64,000 nt of DNA from Leucoraja erinacea (taxonomy: Eukaryota), in assembly GCF_028641065.1 (NCBI RefSeq), contig NC_073413.1:9238001-9302000 (forward strand), read 5' to 3'. Below are positions 12,904 through 25,499 of the stretch, one piece after another. The first letter of the stretch is position 1. Every line of letters starts with the position of its first letter. Both the position numbers and the translations under genes were made by a program. The notes under the pieces were generated by a model. That model made no database searches. It was given only the letters and a program-made list of their open reading frames with translations, and was not told the origin of the DNA.

Positions 12904-13071
12904 TAAATACTGTGTAGTGTAGACACCAGCATGAGGATAAAAAAAATGGATAGATACAAAATGCAGTACCCCTTTTCACTGTACCTCGGTACACATGACA
13001 ATAAATTAAACTGAACTGATGCTGGAGCAACTCAGCGGGTCAGGCAGCATCTCTGGAGAAAAGGAATAGGT

Positions 13072-13099
13072 GACGTTTCGGGTCGAGACCCTTCTTCAG
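13072..13099 (-). ncRNA. Minimal type I hammerhead ribozyme core (Penelope-associated)
   Basis: CUGAAGA-A-GGGUC-UC-GACCC-GAAAC-GUC: CUGANGA box, helix II, GAAA box, palindromic ACGU helix III, GUC triplet. Confidence 0.65.
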
Positions 13100-13728
13100 A
13101 CTGCCCTACCGAACCGTGTATTTTATTCAGTTACCACAGAAACAGTTTGTGCTATTCATACACCAGGGCTTGCAAACTGTGCTAGTTGACTAATCCAGGA
13201 GTTACCTAGCCCTGGATAGAATGTGTATAAATGTTAGAATAGCTCAGTGGTACTGGAAAGGGCCTTGAGAAATGTGCATACATCGTTAGGCAATGCAAAG
13301 AGAGGGTAGATATTTATTTTGCCCCCCTATGCAATAGTTCTGGATGCTGCTGCTGCAACATAAAGATTACAGAAATACTGCAAAGTGGCATGAATCCAAA
13401 AGACACAGGTGCCCTGTTGTTGATTGAATCCCCAAGAGTTTAATTATTTTATGATTTGGGAACTCCTGGATGTCATATTCACACCCGTTATGCTCCTGAA
13501 CTAGGGATTCAAATTTAATCAGAATTATCTTTGGATCATGCAGAGAGCAAAAGAAGGGAGTAAGAATATTCAACAGCAGTGGTGAGAGGAATTTGCAGAG
13601 GAATTTTGGGATGTTTCCTTGTCACTGTTAGCTATTTTTTTAATTGTAGTGCATGTTAGTTACTGTAACTGCTTGTCTTAATACAGTAACCTGCTTTAAT
13701 AACCGTAGAGTTTAATCTGACTCCTTAG

Positions 13729-14535
<807 letters not shown>

Positions 14536-17500
14536 ATTGGGTGCGGTTGTACACAGAGGTTCATACTTTGATTGTTATCAGGCTTCTCCAGAAGACCAAG
14601 TTAGACCATTTAATCATCCTATTGACCAGATGTCTCTGTCCTGCATTTCCTAAACCTGTAATTATGATTGGAAGTTGCATGAAAGTGATTCCGTGGGAAG
14701 GGCTTCAATGTTGTTTACAGTTTAGGGAGACGAACAAGATCTAGGCTTGGGATGAGTACTATTTTGCCCATTCTTGAGCCAAATATGAGATATATATTTC
14801 CCACCGTTGCACCAAAATATAGAGAAGTAAAATAAAAAACATTTTTAAAGATTTGGAAATAGGTTTTCAAAATTGCAAAACTATTAATAAAGTCAATTTG
14901 ACTTGTCCAGTTACATTTTCTGCTGTTTTTTTGAGAACCAATAATTTTGGGGACTGTTACGGGGAGACTACATCTAAAAAGGAATGTACACACAGAGGAT
15001 TAAATAATATCAAACAGAAATTCATTTTTTCCTCCACCTGAGTCAATGTGAGAAGCCGTACCACCTCAGTGGGTTGGTTGCACGTAAGGGTATGTGTGAC
15101 CTGAAACTTTTAATTCAGCACGCATTCTGACTCCAAAATAAAAACAGAAAAAGCAGGAAACATTCAGCAGGGCAGGCACCATCTGTAATCAAAAATGACA
15201 TTTTTCTTTCACTTTCCACGGATACTGCCTGGCCTGTTGTCTATTTCTCAATATTTTCTGTGCTTATTTCAGATTTCCAGTATCGTTTTTTTTTTAATGT
15301 TTCTGTGAAATTAAGATTGATCGGCTCCTGAATGCTTTGAACGATTAGCAAATGAACAAGGAACAGTTGAGTCGGTGGTTACGACATACTTAACTGCAGT
15401 TCCCGACTCGATTGAATCCTCTGGAAAAAATATTGAATCCAAGACAATATAAATTCAAAATAAAATGGGGAAGGAAACTCATTACATTTTAAATTTAAAG
15501 GAGGCATGATTTATTGTGGTGCAGATCATACCTAGCCGATTACAGCAGAAAATGTCTGTACTTAATGGCCTGTGGAACAGTGGACTACATCAATATTCTT
15601 ATAGAATATTGTGAATGCTGCAAACTGAAATAAGTATTGGAAATGCCATTGTGGACAGGGAAGTACAATTAACGGTTCAAGTTGATGGCCTTTCAACATT
15701 TCATATAACTACAACTGATCAATGCCTGTGTTTCTCATGAGAGCTCGCACATAGCTTTTTATCCATTCATTCTTTGAAGGTGGGCATCATTGGCAGTGCT
15801 GGCATTTATTGTCAGGTGAGTCAGGATTGGCATGCACCCCAGCGAGGGTAAAGTTGGCAGATTACTACCGAGAAGAACATTAATCAACTCGATTAGTTTT
15901 TCCAACAACCCAGTTGTATCATGGTTACTGTTGTCATTAAATGCTAGATTAAGTACTTGACTTTAAATTCCTGTAAAAGGACGCAAACTGCTGCCTCTAT
16001 ATCGTTGAGACAGATTTTTGTAGTCTAGTTCAGTGATTTAACTTAGACCCTGCCATTGATTGATGAAGGTACCAGTACAGTTCCTCCCTCAAATGCTAAA
16101 AACCCCCCTTGTCAAGTCTTGATTTTGTTTTTGTGCAATGAAAGGGTTCCCTCAGTGATACAGCAGTGAAAATGTTTTTCTGCTCCCTATCTATGAAGCC
16201 AGGCTGTCTTCTACAGATAATTACTTTGTGTTTAACTAGCCAGCCGTTACACCTAGTTTAATGAAATATATTTAATTGAATAAATATCCATTTTACTGCA
16301 TTGATTTGAAAAGTTCTTTGGTGTTGTGAACTTGTATTTTTCTCTAAATAAATACATAGAAATATAGAAAATAGGTGCAGGAGTAGGCCCTTCGAGCCAG
16401 CACCGCCATTCAATGTGATCATGGCTGATCATCCAAAATCAGTACCCCGTTCCTGCTTTCTCCCCATATCCCTTGATTCCGTTAGCCCCAAGAACCTGAC
16501 CATGAAGGTACGGTGTGATTACACTGGAGATGGTCATCCACAGACATGGAGGACTTGAATGATTTTATGTTTTCATGGAGAGTGGTTGAAATTTGAAAAC
16601 ATGGTTGTTGGAGGGAGGCACTATCTCACAATATTTAAGTATTTATTTGACATTTGAAACACCATGACACAGTGTCAAAAGCTGAAAAATAGGATTAGGA
16701 TAGACGATAGCTAAAGTTTCTTCGTTGCTGTATAACTATATTCAGGATTTTGATTATTGCCTTTTCCTATTCCTAGTTTAGAAGCATACAAGATACTGGT
16801 CTTATAAAGTATCAGTATTTAGTTATTGATAAGCTAACATCTGTGGAGAGCAACAACCTATTATTTGTCTACAGATACAAGTACAACTGGCTGTATTTGA
16901 TTTTTTTAATTTCCATCATCTGTCATTTACGTTTTACTTTTGTGCTGTTAATGCATTGCTCTTTCTAGCAGCATGTCAAGGGTGATGCTGCTGAACTGGC
17001 TGATCTCGAGGTAGAATAGTCGGAGTTGCCGTCAGTGAGATGTTCAGGAGATTAATCTCTGGCTGAAGATTCCAGTTTGCTCATCTGTTGCAATGAGACC
17101 CAGGCTCCTGTGTGATGCCAACCCACCATCATCACACCGCATAGAACAGCGACAAATGCTAAAGGCTATGGGGAAGCTATGAGAAATACTAAGGTACAAG
17201 ATATACATAATAATGAAAGGAATAGCATGAAATATGGTAGGTTGGAAGGTTTGAGTGGCTCTTTGACTTTTTTTTTAAATATACAGCTAGCTGAGGTGGC
17301 TCTGGAAATATTCTGTGCTGGAGTTAAACTTGTTCCACATACTCTCCTGATCCAAGCCCCTGCCTCATGTAATTCCCAAATGGAGGATGGGTAAAACCAG
17401 AATGTAATAAAAAGGAACTGTCAAGTCAAGAGAGTTTATTGTCATGTGTCCCAGATAGGACAATGAAATTCTTGCTTTGCATCAGCACAACAGAATATAG

Positions 17501-17589
17501 TAGGCACGGATACAGAACATATCATATCAGTGTGTCCATACACCATTATATAAATATATACACACAACAATAAATAAGCAGATAAAGTG

Positions 17590-18098
17590 CCTGCCTTCGC
17601 TCCATATCCCTTGATTCCGCTAGCCCATAGAACTCTAACTTTTAAATTAATCCAGTGAATTGGCCTCCACTGCTTTCTGTGGCAGAGAATTCCACAAATT
17701 CACAACTCTGGGTGAAAAAGTTTTTTCTCATCTCGGTTTTAAATGGCCTCCTATTTATTCTTAGACTGTGGCCCCTGGTTCTGGACTCCCCCAACATTGG
17801 GAACATTTATCCTGCATCTAGCTTGTCCTGTCCTTTTATAATTTTATACTTTTCTATAAGATGCCCTCTCATCCTTCTAAATTCCAGTGAATACAGGCCC
17901 AGTCTTTCCAATCTTTCCTTACATGACATTCCCGCCATCCCAGGGATTAACCTCGTGAAGCTAAGCTGCACTGCCTCAATAGCAAGGATGTCCTTCCTCA
18001 AATTAGGAGGCCAAAACTGCACACAATTCTCCAGATGCAGTCTCATCAGGGCCCTGATCAACTGCAGAAGGGCCTTTTTACTCCTATACTCAAATCTT
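17590..18098 (-). mobile_element. CR1/HER1-like LINE fragment
   Basis: FEYRSK..LLQL.RALMRLHLENCVQFW...RLGLYSLEFRRMRG. Confidence 0.85.
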
Positions 18099-18639
18099 CC
18101 CCCACTGTCCCCCATCAAGACTAATCGGCTTTCACTTCACGGCAGAATAATAGTCTTACTTGCAGCAACTAGCACCATTGTCTGAAGGATTCCGAACTGA
18201 AATGTCAACCATTTTTTTTTTTCCAGAGATGGTGCCTGTCCCGCTGAGTTACTCCAGTATTTTGTGTGCACCATTGATAACTGGTTTCTAACAAATGTAG
18301 AGGCACAATGTAGTTTCTAACAAATGTGGTGGTGCAATAGTCCAACAGAGGTCAGGCACAAAAAAGTTGGAGTAGCTCGGGGTGAGTTACTCCAGCTTTT
18401 TGTGTCCATCTTCGGTTTAAACCAGCATCTGCAGTTCTTACACAGTCCAACAGAGGGCGATGGAAGCCTAACAAGGAAGCTTTGGGTGAATGAATGTGTG
18501 TCATTTCACAGACCTACAAGAATTGGAATGAAAACTAAAAGCTACAAAGGAAGAATTGGGAGGGGAGGGAAATAATATTGCTGCAAGAGCATAACATTCC
18601 TGCAAATTAACAAGTTTAATCAGTCTTCAAAAAAAGCAG

Positions 18640-19215
18640 ATTTTCCACCACATTCAGATCTGGATTAGCCTCCAATACCATGACACCAAATGAACTCATC
18701 TCCAAACTTCTGGACCGAGGCATTGGGGCTCCATCTGAAACTGGCTTCTGGACTTCCTGATCTGCAGACCTCAGTCTGTTAAAATTAGTCATGACATTTT
18801 GTCACACATGACCCTCAACACTGATGCTGCTCAGGATGTGTGTGCTCTAGTCCGTGTATACCCATGATTGTGTGGTCCAGTATAGCATCAACTTGATCTT
18901 TAAGATTGCCAATGGTACCATTGATGTCAGCTGGAACAACAAAGATGGCACGGAATATAGGAAAGAGTGAACCACAGCTCAAATGCCATCTATAAATTTG
19001 CCAATGACACACAGTAGATGGCTGAATCATGAATGGTGACGAGTCAGGAGAGAGATCGTACATGTGGTTGAATGATGCTGCAACAATAGTCTCTCACTCG
19101 ACATCAGCAAAAGCAAGGAACTAATTGTTCACTTTAGTTTGGGAGAAATTGGGTGACCGCATGGCAGTTTTCATGAGTGAGTCGGCGGAGGTGAGAGTTA
19201 ACAGCTTCAAATTCC
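18640..19215 (+). mobile_element. Degraded Rex1/Babar-like LINE RT fragment
   Basis: Frameshifted LISKLLD.G...WLLDFLICRPQSVKI...TLNTDAAQ and later DISKSKELIV; a related minus-strand fragment lies at about 37230-37480. Confidence 0.55.
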
Positions 19216-20663
19216 GAACAGACCCTTCACAGTGACCTTCAGAGTCCAAACCGGTGACAAAGGTGATAAGGACTGTGTGGGGCTTATACACTGGATCTCA
19301 GAGAGATTCAACTCCTTCCCTTGCTATAATCCAGAGACATGGGGGTCAAACAGGAGATAGGGTTAAAGAGGCAGATAGATAGAGGGGTCCATAGCGATAA
19401 AATAATTTATGCCATACATCATTCGGGAAATGTGCTCAATGTTTGTATCAATCAAGGTAAATTCAGTGAATTATTAGCAAATAGATTTAAAATACCTCAC
19501 AACTCCGGTTTCCTCTCTGCAAGTTCCTTCCTCCGTTCTTCACCCTTAGTTTCCCCACCCACGCCAATTTTACTTGGTACTTCTTGGAATTTCTTGCGAT
19601 TGCAGCTGCTGCTGGAAAGTCCCGAGCTATAGAAACTGTGCAACTGGATGCAGCCACAGGGAGCAAAGCTAATTACCCTCCCCAGTTGATGTGGCAGAGG
19701 GAAATTAAAGTGTGCTCTCTCAGTGGGGAATAAATTATCTGAAGGAGGGTCTCAACACAAAACGTCACCCATCCCTTCTATCCAGAGATGCTGCCTGTCC
19801 CACTGAGTTACTCCAGCGTTTTGTATCTGCCTTCGGTGTAAACCAGCATTTGCATTTCCCTCCTACAAACAGTATCTTCAGTTTTATTTTGGTGCTAGTA
19901 AGAATTTCATTGTTCCATCGTCAGTACATATGACAATTAAACACTCTTCACTATCTTTAGGATTCGCAGTTTAGGATTCACAGTTTAAAGTTTGTGGAGT
20001 TAGGAAGTAAGTTGCAGGATGAAACCGTCTCTGAGCTGCTAATTTAGCCACAGAATTTATGCGACTTATCCAGTTCATGTTTCTGAGCCACACTGACTGA
20101 TACTCGGGGGAGGGGGGGGGGGGGGGGGGGGGGGGATTCAGCAGCTAATGGTGGTTATAGTCACAGAGTGATACAGCGCGGAAACAGGCCCTTCTGCCCA
20201 ACTTTCCCACACCAACCAACAAGTTCCAGGTTAGATGGTCTCTTGTAGTGTAGCACAGCCTGCCCATGGATAGTACCACTCAGCCCAGGTACATGTATCC
20301 CTGAAGTTAACACATCTTCCCCAGCCAACAATGGGCCATTACAGACTCCACCCTTCCTGGGGTCATTCTGTTGCCGGCCCCGCTTCATTCTGGCCTCTAT
20401 CTTTCAGCCTGAAGAAGCGTTTCGATCCGAAACATCATCTATTTATTTTCTCCAGAGATGCTGCTTGAGCTGAGTTTACTCCAACATTTTTGTGTTTATC
20501 TTCCGTATAAACCAGCATCTGCAGTTCCCTCCTACACAGAAGTATAGGTAAATTTCCTTTTTATTCCCTCACACAGTACAAACTCCACAGTTCCAGAGAG
20601 TGAATTATTCCAACTTGGGCGTAAGAAACAGGAACTCCTGCTAAGTACTTTCCAGTGCTGGAA

Positions 20664-22570
20664 TGTAGGGTGGGGTAGGGTGGACTGGAGCGACACTAAT
20701 CGATGCGAGCCAAGCCTATTTGCCTTGGTGTTGTGTTCGATAAATTACTGATTCAGTTACAGTTTTGGTTCACTCAGTAATTTATTACACTACTAAATAA
20801 GGCACATACACTCACTTATCCCCGAACGCACTCGCAACCCCGAATACGCAGCAGAGCAAGCCGCAGGCTGTTTTGAACACAATTTCACTTCGCATTAACC
20901 CCATACTCCCCAAATCCTATTACATTCGGCTCGCAGGCTCATTACCATCGCTTCATCCTGTTGGCACTTCTCACACGGCAGCGGGGAAGCACACAGTTGC
21001 AGAATATTATGCCAACCACCACTAAAACAAGCTCAGTCACCAGCCATTGCATAATAATATGCCCCCAACCTCCGAACCCCCAAGACTACCAATTCCATCA
21101 TGCACTCTCCCTGGCCTCATCGTGCAACTGTTTACCGACTATATTCAAGCCTCAACTTGTGGTTGTATGTGGGCCATCAGGTTTGTAATGTTTTCACTGG
21201 TATACAGTATGTAAGTGCAGCATTCTCTCCCTATGATGGCACAAGTCCCCCCCCTTCTCGGCTAGTAGGAAGTCCTGGGTCATGCCCCAGAGTGGTCCCA
21301 TGGTTTGTGATGTGGGACATGTGCACAAACTCAGTTTACGTAGGTACGCATGCAGGAGCGAGAGATAGGTGTTTGATTTTGTGCAGGCAGGCGATGCAGC
21401 AGCCAGTAGTATCAGCCACGCCAACATCTGGTATACATGATGCGTCTCGTGGCTGTTCTGCAGGGAGAGTGCGGAGCAGGCTCACTCTCGCCTGGTTAAG
21501 TGCTGTAAAAGAAGACATATAGGATTATCCTCCCCAGTCACCATAAGCCTGAACATAATCCTGATGTTCTTTTGTCTGTGCGGCGGCAACTGGCTCGACT
21601 GCAACAGCCAGATGTCGGCTCATAGGTGTGTCCCCTGCCACAGGTCATGGGTTCAAGTTTACTGCTTTCTGTAACACCAGGGCCAACCCCTTGAGGGTGT
21701 GGGAGGAAGTTAGTGTACATATCTGCTCTTTTAGTAGACCATTCATATGTTCCACCAGCCCTGCTGCATGCAGGTAATACTGGATGTGGAGGGTCCACTG
21801 CACCTCATTATCAGCTGCCTACTGTTGCACTTTGTTAGCGGTAAAGTGGCACCCGTTGTAAGAATGAATGTCCCAATGGGGGATCATACACGGCCATTAG
21901 CTGGTGCAGACCAGGTATCTCCCATCCCTGGGACTGCCACTGTGATTGTGTCATCCATATAGCCATACCGTTGGCAACTGTCCAGGAGTTGGTGTACAGT
22001 GAAACTGGAGTGTTGTCATCGGACGAAGAGAGGGCCATGACCACCTTATGCAGACGGCTAACACCGTCAGGGCCTCTCTCAGCCCTATCAGAGATGTACC
22101 ATTTCAATTTTACAACAGAGCAGCGCTCGCCGGGGACCCTGGTCACACCCCTAGACTAGGGGAACCGGCACGGTCCATCCCCGGGGACTCTCGTATCGAG
22201 CCGGGTTTTCTTCATTCTGCCCATGATTCCCCTTTTTCTCACAATGTATTTTCCAAAGGGCATAGAGAGGGCTAGTGGGAATGCCGTCTATCTGACCCTT
22301 ATCCACTGCAGCTCGGAGGGCCAGAAACTATTCCTTTCTGGATAAATGCCTCTTAGCCCCACCGCCTGGTCTAGGATTGGATGCATCAATTCTCCTCACT
22401 TGTTGCCTCGAGGAGGCCTGGTCCTTCAAATGGTCCAACCCCTCGAGTGTATTAAGCTGATAACTCCATTCCCCATTTTAGCTGAAATTGTCAGTTTGAC
22501 CCTTACACTACACTTGACTCAGTGCCAGACCCTGGAACCAGCTCACTGTACACCATGGTTTAATAGATGA
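20664..22570 (-). mobile_element. Decayed, internally deleted class III (ERV-L/ERV-S-like) endogenous retrovirus: gag-pol-env remnants and probable 3' LTR
   Basis: Minus-strand fragments occur in retroviral order: gag-like VDKGQIDGIPT, KLKWYISDRAERGPDGVSRLH, RNase H LYTNSWTVANG, integrase NGCHFTANKVQQ...AAGLVEHMNGLLKEQI, and a TM-like WGFGGWG..LVLVVVGIIFCNCVLP. An LTR-like TGTA...TACA segment with AATAAA follows. Confidence 0.8.
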
Positions 22571-23239
22571 ACTTGAAATAACTTCCCAAGTTATTCCAAT
22601 CGTATTATCACCCAGAAAGGTAGGCATGTTTTTGAAGAATAATAATATCTATTTCTGTAACATCTTTCATGAGGAAAAATAATCCTAAACCTTCAGTTTT
22701 AGAGATGCAGTGTGGAAACAGGCCCTTCAGCCCACCAATTCCACGCCGACTAGCCATTCATGCACACCAGCACTATCCTACACACTAGGGACAATTTACA
22801 AATTTTACCCACAAAAATTAACCTAAGAACCTGTACGTCTTTGGAGTGTGGGAGGAAATCGGAGCACCCGGGGAAAACCCACACAGAACATACAAACACT
22901 GTATAGACAGCACTCATAGTCAGGATTAAACCTGGGTCTCTTCCGCTCTGCCACCGTGCTGCCCTGTTCTGTTGGCAGAGAACAGACACCAAGCTATATG
23001 TAATTTATTTAAAAATGTGAAGCTGTTCATTTTAGTATGGGAGAGTCTTATCTTTAACTTTGTTAAGACAGTGGGTTGCAACAGCAGCCCTAACGCTTCA
23101 AACTTTCAACATAATGATGTGGAGATTAGTTTCCATGAAAACATAGACGTCATTGACTGCACTTCCTCAAGTATTCACGGATGTTAATTTACCCAGCCCA
23201 CGACATTGGAACTAGAATTGCTCTCAAGAGATTATAGAC

Positions 23240-23735
23240 CAGGGGTGGGGAACCTTTTCATGTTGGAGTGCCGCATTGTTAGCTGTAATCCAATAAGGCC
23301 ACATAGAAGAAACTTCAATTAGATATACTTCAAAATGTACATTAATTTGTAAATATCTAACTACTATGGACTAACTTCAAGAAAATGAAAAAAAATTGTT
23401 AATTCTAAAGTTGACTAACCTTTTAATTACTTTGTTGTGACTGCTTTCTAGAGTCGAGTCGCGTAAGAACTAATTCATGAGTTTAACAAGTGTTAAAATA
23501 GCCCCCATGACTTACTAATGTTTTAATTGTGGCCGTCAGTCAGGGAGAATTATTTTGTTGAATCTTCTTTTACTCTTTGGTATTTAAAATACGTTCATTT
23601 TAAGATTAAAATAAAAAATAATAAAAGACGAATAAAAAACATATTAATAAAAATAAAAGGGTTTGTTTTACAAAATTTGGATTCATTCAAAAGGCCGCAC
23701 ATAATGGCCTTAAAGCCGCAGGTTCCCCACCCCTG
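23240..23735. mobile_element. hAT (Charlie-type) non-autonomous DNA transposon / MITE
   Basis: 16-bp TIRs CAGGGGTGGGGAACCT / AGGTTCCCCACCCCTG; 8-bp TSD TTATAGAC / TTCTAGAC. Confidence 0.88.
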
Positions 23736-24883
23736 TTCTAGACTATTGTAAGCTTTTATTTGTTCTTGATTTTTAATTCTGCTCCTTCTGCTTTATACCC
23801 TCACCATTCTCAGCCACATTAGTTGGCTACGGCTCAGGGCTTGGCTGTAGTTCTCTCACTTCCAAGGCAGAATTGCTGGGTACAAGCTGCATTTCTGGGA
23901 CATAAGCACACCATTAATATTGAGGCTGAGACTTCAGTGCAGCACTGGGGCCATTCAGATGAGATTTCTGGCTAAAAAAAAGACGTACTTTCAAATGAAG
24001 GAGTTTAATGCAAGGATTCATCAAGACAAATTCAGGCAGGGTGGCACAGTGGTGCAGCTAGTAGCAGTTTCTGCAGTGTAGGTTCAATCCTAACTTTGGG
24101 TGTTGTCTGTGTGGTTTCCACATTCTTGCCATGACTGTGTGGGAGCTATAGTTTCCTCCCACGTGCGTGCGAAAGACATACAGGTTAGAAGGTTAATTGG
24201 CCTCTGTAAATTGCCCCAAGGTGAGTGGTAGAATCATGGGGTGGGTGTTGGGGGAGTTGAAGAGAATGAAAAGCGTAGGTTTAGTGGTTGATTCGGAAGG
24301 TAGACAAAAGTACTGGAGAAACTCAGCGGGTGCAGCAGCATCTATGGAGCGAAGGAAATAGGCAACGTTTCGGGCCAAAACCCTTCTTCAGATTGATTCG
24401 GTAGGTTTAGTTGTCACTTCAGTCAGTGGGCCATAGAGCCTGTTTCCATGTTGTATTTCTCCACGACTGAGATAGCTGAGAGGGCAGGTTTTTCCACAAG
24501 AAGAGAGATTGAGAAGTCTGGGCTCTGTTCTATAGAGGTTACAAAAATACAAGGTGACCTCACTATGGCATAAAGAATTCTTTAGGCTGGCTGACGAGTA
24601 TAAAACAAGGGGTTGCAGGCACATAATAAGAGGTAGTCACACAGAGATATTTGCGTTCAGAGGGTGAATTCTCCACCCAAGATAGTTGTAGAAGCTCAGC
24701 CATTGATTCAATTCAAACCTGATATCAATAGATTTTTAATATGGAGATGGAAAGGAAAATGTTGCTGAGGCAGAAGATCAGGCACAATCTTGTTAAATGG
24801 CACAAGGCCGATTAGACTACTCCTACTCTAATTTCTTCAATGTTTATGGTCTCTCAGGAGGTGTAAAGATCATTGGTGACCCT

Positions 24884-25020
24884 CTTCTTCTTGCGTACGG
24901 CGTGCACAGCCTAAAGTTGTAGGACAACTTGTTCTATTTAATCTTATTTGATTGTGCACGCTGGGTTGACTGCATTCGTCGAAACAGGGCGGACCACGTG
25001 AAGGTTGCAATCTCCCACCC
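24884..25020 (-). mobile_element. Short retroposed element with (AAG)n tail
   Basis: 13-bp TSD CATTGGTGACCCT / CACTGGTGACCCT; minus-strand tail AAGAAGAAG; internal GCGTGCACA/TGTGCACGC inverted repeat. Confidence 0.65.
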
Positions 25021-25466
25021 CACTGGTGACCCTGATAACACTTATCCTTAACCAGTGCTTGTTCGTATGTAGGAAAAGCTACTGGTATGCATGATTAATA
25101 TGCTTCTTGTGACCAAAAGACAGTTATAACATTTAACTTTTTAGAGGTGTCAGTATGCCATACTGGCGCATACAGTCGGAGTAACTCAGTGGGTCAGGCA
25201 GCATGTCTGGAGAAAATGGATGAAGAAGCTCCTGACCCAAAACGTCACCAGTCCATGTTCTCCAAAGATGCTGCATGATCCACTAAGATACTCCAACATC
25301 TCTGTACATTTGACATGTCAAATACATTTAATATTCTTATGAATTATTTTCTGACACAATATTTGCTGTATGACAATGACAGCATGGAAAGATGTCCTTA
25401 ACTCACTCAGTCCTTGCTGAAAAGTAGGCACGGAGGAATACTCAACAACGTAAGTGACTGCCAATC

Positions 25467-25499
<33 letters not shown>

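Noticed and set aside
24950-25020. Possible HDV-like ribozyme in the short retroposon
   Set aside because: A 7-bp P1-like stem exists, but no P1.1 GG, L3 consensus or P2 pseudoknot could be found.
25468-25497. Long poly-C/poly-G runs (also 20106-20135, 49786-49808, 50088-50108, 61800-61815)
   Set aside because: Simple homopolymers of uncertain length, with no supportable function.
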